Below are positions 12,535-21,591 of a stretch of 64,000 bases of DNA, one piece after another. The stretch comes from Podarcis filfolensis (taxonomy: Eukaryota): the NCBI GenBank assembly GCA_964270895.1, contig OZ185443.1. One strand, written 5' to 3'. The translations under genes and the position numbers were made by a program. Positions within the stretch are counted from its first letter, which is position 1; every line of letters begins with the position of its first letter. A model generated the notes under the pieces. It ran no database searches. It saw nothing but the letters and a program-made list of their open reading frames with translations, and had not been told where the DNA came from.

Positions 12535-14420
12535 TAATATGGTTCACAGCAACACTTTCACTTGAGTACATCCCTTTATATATTTCAGCTCACATAGTTA
12601 TGAAACAAAGTCAATAGAAGGAATTATGCTTCACATTATGCCAGTAAACTTGATCTAAGTGTCTCACAGGGTTTCCACCTTATATCTTTATCCCAGGTAA
12701 TTGTACTATAGCTCACGCAGAATTTTTTTAAAAAGGAATGACTCCCGTAACAATTACTGTAGTCTTTCTTTACCAAGAGCCCTCTCATGTGGGCAATCTG
12801 CTTTGGCTTCCATTAGTATTTGCTTGTTTGTGTAAAGTAAATGCCGTCTCTTCCTCTAGAACAGGAATAGTTTATCGCTCCCTCCCATAGAGCATGAAAG
12901 GACAAGCTCTATTCTAGGGGGCTGTCCCTGCTATGAACATACCCACTAACCCTGTAACCAACACTATTGAGTCACCTAGTGGCAATTTATAAATATCACA
13001 AGCGCAGCAAGTGCTGGAAGAGAGGAAAAGCTTTGAGCACCCAATCATTTGTTGAAGCAAATGCATGTTTAAACAAACGTTTACACTGCAGCCTAGGTTT
13101 CAATCGCAGGCATGTAATTAAGAATATAGAAATCATTTTGAGTTAAGTTTATTGAGTGCACAACCTTTTGTATTTTATCATATTGTACACCACTTTAGTA
13201 AATTTTGTTTATGAAGTGGTTTATAAATCTAAAAATAAATAAAACAACTAGTACAGTGATTAGATCAACCTATTATCAAGGTAAAGAAAGCAAACTTTTA
13301 GGTACAGAACTATCAAATTTTATGGTGGAAAGAAGTTGCAAAACTTCTCCAATTTAGGAAATTTCCCCTAGATTAATTTTATTCAGTATGAAATAACCTG
13401 TAAATGGGGAGGGGGGGTGAACTCTTACTGCCATCAACAACTGCCCTCACCTGCCCTGCCGCCTTTTGTACAACCACACTAGGGAGTGGCACTGGTTGTC
13501 ATGTTTCCTCCTCCTTGGTCTCAGTGCTGGTCTTGCAGCAGGGAGGTGCATGGGGGGGGCAGAATTGGCTGGCTTCAGCCATCATTGGCTCTGGTTCCAT
13601 TTACTGTCAGTCTTCCTGCCTTCTGCCCTACCAGTTCCAATGAGCATCAGCCACTATGGCCATTTGTAAGGGATGGTGGAAACTGTAGCCCAACCACACA
13701 TGGAAAGCCACAGGTCACCCACCCTGGTGTAAACAAAGTTCCCTGCATAGTTAATCAGTTCAAAGTCCTGGGGATGAAAAATTGGCAGCGTAACAATTCA
13801 TAATTGTAATTAATGGTGGCTGTCTGCATTTTTAAAAATGTTAAAAAACGGTGACTGAAGAAAAAGTGGCCTATATTATCTCCATTAGTTCTTTTGCTAC
13901 ACAATCATCCAGAAATTGTTTCACATATTCTGGTAGGTAGACAGGCAATGCCAGACCTGTTATCAGGAGTAAAAAACTTAATATAAATTATTATTACATA
14001 GCAATACCGCCCAATTAAGGTGGGGAAGCAGATGGCCCCTTCATTAAGAATTAACTTTAAAAAAATCAGTTGTGAAGTAAACAACATAGGGATATATAAG
14101 GGCAACAATGGCTTGTGAATATCAGCAAATACAACTGTATATTTAAGAGAGCAAGTGCAAAATAGTCCCCATGGGGGACTTATATGATGGTGGGGACCTA
14201 CATTCAAATTTCCATATAGCCATACAACTCACTTAGTGGTCATGGACCAGTCACTAATTTTTAGCCTAACCTACATCACAGAGTTGTTGTAAGAATAAAA
14301 AATGTGCATGGATGGTTGGAAAAGGCAGGATAGGAATGAACAAATAGCAGATTTACGAATGTGAAACAAAACAAAACAAAACAAAAATATTCTTGAAAAT
14401 TCTACCCCAGTTGTAATTAA

Positions 14421-15146
14421 ACAGACACAACAGTTGTAATTGACACAACAGACTGGACAGTCCCAGAAGAAGAAGATCTGCTGAGTAACTTTACCAACCT
14501 ACCAGATAAAGAACAAATAAGCATACTCAGTAAACTGACGAAACTACAGGCCAAATTGATCGAAATTCACCAGCAAGGTCAACAAAATGCAGTAGAAACA
14601 ATACACAATCAAACCTCACACCTATCAGCCCTCTCCCCAAAATGCATAGTCAAAAAGAGAGCTACTAATGGAACTTTTAAATGTATAGATGCAGAGCTTC
14701 AAATCCAGCCTCCTTTAAAATATGAAATGACAAGGAAAAACTCCAGTAATGAGACCACAAATTCCTGGCTGAGATATCAAATACTAGCCCCAAACGAAAT
14801 AGGTACCCCTTATTTAAGTACTACAAAGGATTCTAACATTCCCGAACAAAAGATGACCTCCAACAGACCTGACACATTGAACTCAACATCAAACGAGACC
14901 AAAGAAATGGAAGTAAAGACCGAAAACAATCCTACGGTCCATAATAGTCCACCAACCACAGAAATCTCTCAGGAACAAGGAACAGCTAAGGAAGAAAATC
15001 AAGAAAGGGAGGAAATTCTAATTTCCCGCACTTTAAAAAAGAATCTAAAAGATCCACCATTATGTTCCCCACCGAAAGTAGTGACAAATGGCTGTATCGG
15101 CACAAGACAAAATTCCTCGCTGGACTCAATAACAGAATTAGAATGA
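14421..15146 (+). CDS. LINE ORF1, 3' portion (5'-truncated, no start codon)
   Basis: The track ORF 14556-15146 extends upstream without stops to 14421 (DTTDWTVPEEEDLLSNFTNLPDKEQISILSKLTKLQAKL...). It lies inside the TSD-bounded element directly before ORF2 and has the same A-rich strand bias. Confidence 0.75.
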   Translation, partial: TDTTVVIDTTDWTVPEEEDLLSNFTNLPDKEQISILSKLTKLQAKLIEIHQQGQQNAVETIHNQTSHLSALSPKCIVKKRATNGTFKCIDAELQIQPPLKYEMTRKNSSNETTNSWLRYQILAPNEIGTPYLSTTKDSNIPEQKMTSNRPDTLNSTSNETKEMEVKTENNPTVHNSPPTTEISQEQGTAKEENQEREEILISRTLKKNLKDPPLCSPPKVVTNGCIGTRQNSSLDSITELE

Positions 15147-18100
15147 CTAAATGCTGTCAACCAGCCACCAACTCAAAAACGGATTCTACGCTTGCTGTCC
15201 TGGAATATTGCAGGGTGGGGAAACAAAGACGGAGACCCAGACCTAATGAACTTCTTTAAAGATTTTGAATTAATACTTCTACAAGAAACATGGTCAACTA
15301 GAGATATTAAAATCAATGGATTCTCCTCCTATACGAAACCCGCATTGAAAACAAACACGAAGGGCCGGCCGAAAGCAGGGTTCTGTTGTATGATCAAAGA
15401 CAACTTAGGGTTTGAAATCAAGCAGCTAGAAAAATGCTTGCCACTTGCACAAGCCCTACTTTTAACCCAAAAAGAAGATACCTTGCTACTTGTAAATGTC
15501 TATATCCCCCCATCCAAAAACAACAGCAACAGTGAAAATTGGTCACAACTAACCTTTTATATAGAAAATTTGACCGCTAAATACCCAAATGCCTCATTGA
15601 TAATAGCAGGTGATTTTAATGCCAGAGTGGGAACCAACAATGAACAACTATGTAGCAAACTAAATTGGAATACTGACAATGATATCGCACATGCCCTGAA
15701 AATAGGACGATTCTCCAGAGATAGGGTTGTAAACAACGAAGGCTTACGCCTACTTGAATTATGTAACAACTTTAATTTACAGATTGTGAACGGTTCAACA
15801 AAAGGCGATAGAAGCGGGGAGTTTACATACTTCTCCCCCCGAGGATGCAGTGTCATCGACTATATTCTTGTCCCTTATAATATTATAAATTCGATCATGG
15901 ACCTCAAAATCGGAACGCGTACTGAAAGCGACCATCAGCCATTATTGTTGTCTATTAACTTAAAGGATGAAACCAAAATAACCAAGCACAATATTATAGA
16001 ACCCTCTCAATACAAACAAATGACCCAATTAAAATGGTCCCAGGAAATGAGTGCAGTAGTGGGGCAAAAACTTACAGCCAACCTGAGAAAACAAGTATTA
16101 TCCAACTTAAAGACCACTAATTCCTACAGCGATATTCCGAAAATTTATAATGAAATCTTCCAAATGTTCGTAGAACTTAGTACTCCACCTAAAGTTTGGG
16201 TACTTAAACATAGCGCTAGCCCTTGGTTTGACGATGAATGTTTCCAACTAAAAAGAAAACTGCGCCAAACATTTAAAAATAATCGCACTAAATTAGAGCC
16301 CTCTTATCTTGATGAAAAAAGACAATATCATTACATTCTGGCCGAAAAGAAACAGAAATATGCAACCCAAAAATGGCTACAATTACTTGACTCAATTCAG
16401 AGCAAAAATAACAAAGCGTTCTGGAACCTAGTGTACGGAGGATTGAAAGCCGAAAATCAACTAACTCTACCACCAATTGCAGAATCCAAATGGTCCCAAT
16501 ATTTTACATCTGTATTTAACAATCTACACAGTGAACTTAAAGGAAATGAAACCACTAAAAATAAAATCAATAAACTCCAGGAGTGGCCAAGGGTAGAAGA
16601 AGAGGAAATTAGAGAGATAGTTAAAAATTTCAAATCGGGGAAATCTCCTGGGCCAGACGGTCTACCAATAGAATTATTTAAGACCTATATAGATTGGTGG
16701 GCAGAACCCTTAGCTCAATTGTTTACTCTCATAGATAAATATGGGATCATACCTGAGATATGGTTAAGATCAATAATTATCCCAATCTTTAAAAATGGCG
16801 ACCCAAAAGAACCAAGGAATTATAGACCGATAAGCCTATTATCAGTGATAGGGAAAATCTACGCTAAGCACCTTTTATCTAAACTTCTTACCTGGATGAA
16901 AAATCTAAATTTACCAGGGAAAGAACAAATAGGTTTCTCCAAAGGTTGCTCTACATTAGACCACTGCCTTATACTTATGCATTTGGTTGAAAAATATAGA
17001 TCTCAAAGGCAATCTAAGATATTTGCTGCTTTTGTAGATTTTCGTGGTGCATTTGACTCAATTGACCGCCCAAAGCTGTGGAGGAAACTCGCAGAATTAA
17101 AAATTGATCAGCGCTTATTGATCCTAATAAAAAATTTATACTCTTCCAATATCTGTCAAGTCAAACTTAACACCAAAGGTCACCTTTCATCAGACATCCC
17201 AAACTCGAAAGGGGTAAAACAAGGGTGTATTCTTGCCCCCTTCCTATTTAATTTATTTTTATCAGACTTGCCAGATCACCTTCAAAAAATAGAATCACAT
17301 GCCCCTAAACTTAATCAGAAACCAGTTTCTCTGTTATTATACGCAGACGATGCTGTTCTACTATCATTAACGAGCTTGGGTCTGAAACGTCTTATATCTT
17401 CTCTGATCCTTTACTGCGAATGTAACAAGCTCTCTATAAATTACGAGAAGACAAAAATTTTGGTCTTCTCGAATGGTTGGAAATTAGAGAAATGGAAAAT
17501 AAGAGGGCAGGAAATCCAACAAGTGAAAATCTATAGGTATCTGGGAATCTTATTCCAGAGCAATTTAGGGTGGGCAAATCATCGCACAAATGCCATAAAA
17601 CAGGCAAAGTGCACCTCATCAGCAGTTACCCGTTTTTATTATCAGAAAGGCAATCAATTTATTCCTGCGGCCAATCAGATATTCCAAACAAAAGTGCAAT
17701 CCCAGATATTCTATGGAATACCGCTATGGGTCCAAGCATATAATAGTGATTTAAAAAAGATTCACTCCAGCTTTCTGAGACGTATTCTTGGACTCCCAGC
17801 TGTGATCAAATATGAAACAATGTGTGCAGAAATAGGCATACACACAATGGAATATTGGGCCTGGTCCTCCTCAATAAAGTACTGGTTACGCTGCCATTTT
17901 CGCTGCCCTCCATCAAGTCTGCTCGCTGATTTGCTCAAAGACTCCTACAAATCAAGATGGTATCAGTACCTCGAAAAAAAGATTGAATCTTTAGGCATCG
18001 AGCTGGAGCCCCTGTACAATTCTAATGAGCAATACATTTTCCATAATATCCTAACTAGACTAAAGGATGTCGAGAGGCAAAATATTATGGCAGCTGTAAA

Positions 18101-18647
18101 CAAAATTTGTTCGCCCATATTCTATGATTTAAATATCTTAGATAGCAGAGCCAATTACGTCACCAAATTAATAATTCCAGCCCAACGTAGGGCTTTTATG
18201 CTGGCCCGTTTGAATGTTTTTCCCTCAGCATTTGTCAGGGGAAGATATCAAAACATCCCTAGAAACAAGAGATTCTGCAGATGTTTTATGAATGTCCCGG
18301 ACACGGTAGAGCACATTCTCTTTCAGTGCCCATTGTACAGTACGCTCCGTCAACGCGTGCTGTCCCCTCTTTTGGGTGGTCTGGAGCCCCAACAAGGTGA
18401 ATGTGTGGGATTCTGCCTATCCGACGTTGACCAAAGGGTAACGGCGGGGGTAGCCGAGTTTTTGGTAGCAGTCCTCCAAGGAGTAGGTTAACAAGGAAAA
18501 CCACTGATTTTATATGTATATAAATATATATGTATGTAGCCAACTGCTGCCTTTCTGTATATATCTCAAGGCTTTTATATGTTACTTTTTCTTTTATCGT
18601 TTTGTTTGTATAATGCCTAATAAAGGTTTGAATAAGTAAATAAGTAA
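14423..18647 (+). mobile_element. 5'-truncated non-LTR retrotransposon (LINE), RTE-X-like, young copy
   Basis: Contains an ORF1 remnant and an intact APE-RT ORF2. The T-rich 3' UTR has AATAAA (18619-18624) and a (TAAG/TAAA)n tail. A 10-bp TSD GTAATTAAAC lies at 14413-14422 and 18648-18657. The clade call rests on RTE-like RT motifs (GVKQGCILAPFLF, LLYADDAVLL) plus a C-terminal CxC..EH..CP.Y..R knuckle; it is an inference. Confidence 0.9.
15147..18491 (+). CDS. LINE ORF2 polyprotein: apurinic-like endonuclease + reverse transcriptase + C-terminal zinc knuckle
   Basis: Uninterrupted frame of 1114 codons (the track ORF of 1099 aa plus 15 in-frame codons back to the TGA at 15144-15146). APE motifs: SWNIAG, LQETW, NVYIPP, GDFNA, SVIDY, SDHQP. 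RT motifs: RPISLLS, FVDFRGAFDSI, QGCILAP, YADD, YRYLG. Knuckle: FCRC-x8-EHILFQCPLY. Confidence 0.95.
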   Translation, partial: LNAVNQPPTQKRILRLLSWNIAGWGNKDGDPDLMNFFKDFELILLQETWSTRDIKINGFSSYTKPALKTNTKGRPKAGFCCMIKDNLGFEIKQLEKCLPLAQALLLTQKEDTLLLVNVYIPPSKNNSNSENWSQLTFYIENLTAKYPNASLIIAGDFNARVGTNNEQLCSKLNWNTDNDIAHALKIGRFSRDRVVNNEGLRLLELCNNFNLQIVNGSTKGDRSGEFTYFSPRGCSVIDYILVPYNIINSIMDLKIGTRTESDHQPLLLSINLKDETKITKHNIIEPSQYKQMTQLKWSQEMSAVVGQKLTANLRKQVLSNLKTTNSYSDIPKIYNEIFQMFVELSTPPKVWVLKHSASPWFDDECFQLKRKLRQTFKNNRTKLEPSYLDEKRQYHYILAEKKQKYATQKWLQLLDSIQSKNNKAFWNLVYGGLKAENQLTLPPIAESKWSQYFTSVFNNLHSELKGNETTKNKINKLQEWPRVEEEEIREIVKNFKSGKSPGPDGLPIELFKTYIDWWAEPLAQLFTLIDKYGIIPEIWLRSIIIPIFKNGDPKEPRNYRPISLLSVIGKIYAKHLLSKLLTWMKNLNLPGKEQIGFSKGCSTLDHCLILMHLVEKYRSQRQSKIFAAFVDFRGAFDSIDRPKLWRKLAELKIDQRLLILIKNLYSSNICQVKLNTKGHLSSDIPNSKGVKQGCILAPFLFNLFLSDLPDHLQKIESHAPKLNQKPVSLLLYADDAVLLSLTSLGLKRLISSLILYCECNKLSINYEKTKILVFSNGWKLEKWKIRGQEIQQVKIYRYLGILFQSNLGWANHRTNAIKQAKCTSSAVTRFYYQKGNQFIPAANQIFQTKVQSQIFYGIPLWVQAYNSDLKKIHSSFLRRILGLPAVIKYETMCAEIGIHTMEYWAWSSSIKYWLRCHFRCPPSSLLADLLKDSYKSRWYQYLEKKIESLGIELEPLYNSNEQYIFHNILTRLKDVERQNIMAAVNKICSPIFYDLNILDSRANYVTKLIIPAQRRAFMLARLNVFPSAFVRGRYQNIPRNKRFCRCFMNVPDTVEHILFQCPLYSTLRQRVLSPLLGGLEPQQGECVGFCLSDVDQRVTAGVAEFLVAVLQGVG

Positions 18648-19540
18648 GTAATTAAACCAAATGGTCAATCAGCCAAGTGCTAGCACATCTTCAGTTCTAT
18701 AGCCCCACCACCACCCACATTAATTAATAATTCCCAACATTATCTTAATGGTCCTAAGATATGCTTCAGGAGCTACTTTGCCAATGCGTAGATTGATTTC
18801 TGTGCCAGAAAAGCAATGTGGGGAAGTAGACTTTGTTTAGTCTTATCAACTCTTCAGCGTTAAACAAATAACCCTCTCCAGCTTTTCATATCCAACAGCA
18901 TATTATTCAAAGTTCTTTCATGGTCCCTTCCCCTCTCCTGTCTTCAGACGTTTACAGAGCAAGACAGATTAGAAGGGTCTTTATAATTGACCATACACAC
19001 TTGATATAAAAAATAAATGCAGTCACCACCACTAGTTAAAAAGGAGCTTCGTGGAAACAAAAGTGCTGTATTTCAATCTGACAAAGACTGTTTAAATTTG
19101 TGTCAGCATTTCTAGCAGATTTATTCCGAGCCTAGGCTTTGCAGTTTAATATATCAGCCTCATCAAGCACAGAAACTTTGTTTCAGAGGCAATTTGTTTT
19201 AAAGAATTATGGGGAATGAAAGCAATTGGACTGGACTTTTTTCTTTTTCTTTTTCTCTTTTTGATTTCTAGAAATGCTTTATACATTTAAAGAACTGAGA
19301 AAAAGCCTTTCTCACCTCCCCTTTTATCTTTTGCAACAAAGCATGCAACGAGGCTAGTCTCTTAACTGCCATTTAGGAGACTGTGATCCTTAAGCCGCTG
19401 TCACAGTCCTTTCCTGTAGCTCCATGGAATAAAATCTCCACTTCAGTGTCCCAGTGAGCTTGTGGGGGCTTGGCTCTCTCGGAGCTGTTTTGGGGTCACC
19501 AATGTTTCAGCTTCCACACAAAAAAAAAGAAAAAGAAAAA

Positions 19541-19795
19541 TCTCCTGCCAACATAGCAGTTCGAAAGCACGTCAAAGTGCAAGTAGATAAATAGGTACCG
19601 CTCCAGCGGGAAGGTAAACGGCATTTTTGTGTGCTGCTCTGGTTCGCCAGAAGTGGCTTAGTCATGCTGGCCACATGACCTGGAAGCTGTCTGCGGACAA
19701 ACCCCGGCTCCCTCGGCCTATAGAGCGAGATGAGCGCGCAACCCCAGAGTCGGTCAAGACTGGACCTGGTCAGGGGTCCCTTTACCTTTACCTTT
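19541..19795 (+). mobile_element. Sauria SINE (lacertid type), 5'-truncated
   Basis: Matches the 3' two-thirds of the other copies and ends in (TTTACC)n. Confidence 0.9.
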
Positions 19796-20465
19796 AAGAA
19801 AATGAGTCCAGGTTAAGCAGTAAACTTTTCTATGACAGTCAGAGTCCTGGCAAAGGCATCAAGGTAACAAAAAAGCATATGGATACCCTCCAACAATCCA
19901 CATGAAAATAGGGACATTCCAATGACACCTATTTTTAAATTGTGTGGGTCGTACCCAGGGGTTTGCAAGATTAGACAGCTCACACAACCAATCTTTTTCC
20001 TCCCCCTTCTCCCCCTTTGTAACCAGAAAAAGTCTGTCCATAAGGATTCAGTCCCCCTGGAACCATGTGGCTTGTGACCTATGGAGCTGAGGTGGGAGGA
20101 GGAAATTGTCTCAGATTGGTTAAAGGAATCTTTGGCACATGGAGCTAGTGCAAGATTCCCACACCGATATACCATGACCCAAGCTGCTCAAGAGCCCTCC
20201 CCCAACTCTTGAGAGAGCCTTTTTGTGGGTGCCAGGGGCTTTAGAGACTGGAAGAAAAAGCTAAGTTTTGTATGAGAATGTTAAAAGAAATACATAAAGT
20301 TCAACATATCAAGCTGCCTTTATTTAGTTCCAACTGTTCTACCATAATTCTGTGCTGCATTAGGTCTCCTAACTGCAAAATTACTGCTAGGGGTCTTCTT
20401 GCCTCCTCTTTAACTGCAGTTAAAAGATACATGTATCAGCACTAACATTAACTACAAGTAAGGCT

Positions 20466-20970
20466 AAACAGCATCTTAAAAAGCAGAGACATCACCTTGC
20501 CGACAAAGGTACTTATAGTTAAAGCTATGGTTTTCCCAGTAGTAATGTATAGAAGTGAAAGCTTGACCATAAAGAAAGCTGATTGCCGAAGAATTGATGC
20601 TTTTGAATTATGGTGCTGGAGGAGACTCTTGAGAGTCCCATGGACTGCAAGAAGATCAAACCTATCCATTCTTAAGGAAATCAGCCCTGAGTGCTCACTG
20701 GAAGGACAGATTCTGAAGCTGAGGCTCCAATACTTTGGCTGCCTCATGAGAAAAGAAGACTCCCTGGAAAAGACCCAGATGTTGGGAAAGATTGAGGGCA
20801 CAAGGAGAAAGGAAAAACAGAGGACTAGATGGTTGGACAGTGTTCTTGAAGCTACTAACATGAGTTTGACCAAACTGCGGGAGGCAGCGGAAGACAGGAG
20901 TGCCTGGCGTGCTCTGGTCCATGAGGTCACGAATAATCAGACACAACTAAATGACTAAACAACAACAACA
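20466..20970 (+). mobile_element. BovB LINE 3' fragment
   Basis: Track ORF 20497-20958 (PTKVLIVKAMVFPVVMY...RIDAFELWCWRRLLRVPWTARRSN...) is the BovB ORF C-terminus, followed by a (CAA)n tail. Confidence 0.95.
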
Positions 20971-21540
20971 AGGCTCACCAGATTCCTATTTCAGTAGGGT
21001 TGGCTAACCTGATTCAAACCCTGGTTAAGCCATGGATTGATAAGCCTATAGGTGCAATGTAGCCCTTACCCTTGGCTAAGGGAGGTGGCCCTGTCTCCAC
21101 AGTAGCTGCCAATACATTAAGTTCTTCAAAATAGGCCCTTCTGCAAGTTTTTCCTACCATCCAAGGTGAAGTACAAGACTAACAGAAGTTCTTCTAAGTA
21201 ATGGTACTCCATTTATTTATCTACAGCATTTTTAAAAGAATCCTCACAGGAGAGGGCTTGATGTTGTTACCCTCCTCACTCATCAGTGTCAGTCTAGCTG
21301 TCTTTCCCTCCCTAGATTTATTATTCCCCACAGGTTTAGATCCTGGAGCAGAACTGGAGAGTGTCCAGGCCGCAAGGACAGATCAGTTCCTTAAACACAG
21401 TTCTTCCCTACTCCCTTTTTTATTTCCCCAAGCTTTTTACATACTTTACAGTTTTATTCTTGCCTGATTATTATTGAGGTCTTGTTGCCCTTGTAGTTTG
21501 TTTGATCATTTTATTTATATTTTCTTTTCCTTAAAAATAT

Positions 21541-21586
<46 letters not shown>
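21541..21586. repeat. Compound (TC)n(AC)n microsatellite
   Basis: Seen directly. Confidence 0.99.

Positions 21587-21591
<5 letters not shown>

Noticed and set aside
522-14207. Numerous 60-120 aa ORFs in the track
   Set aside because: They show no domain motifs or splice chains; they overlap BovB, SINE or MITE sequence or are of chance length.
15143-15259. AUGA stop-start overlap at the LINE ORF1 stop as a reinitiation route to ORF2
   Set aside because: That ATG (15143) is in a different frame and yields only a 38-aa peptide ending at 15259, so it cannot produce ORF2.
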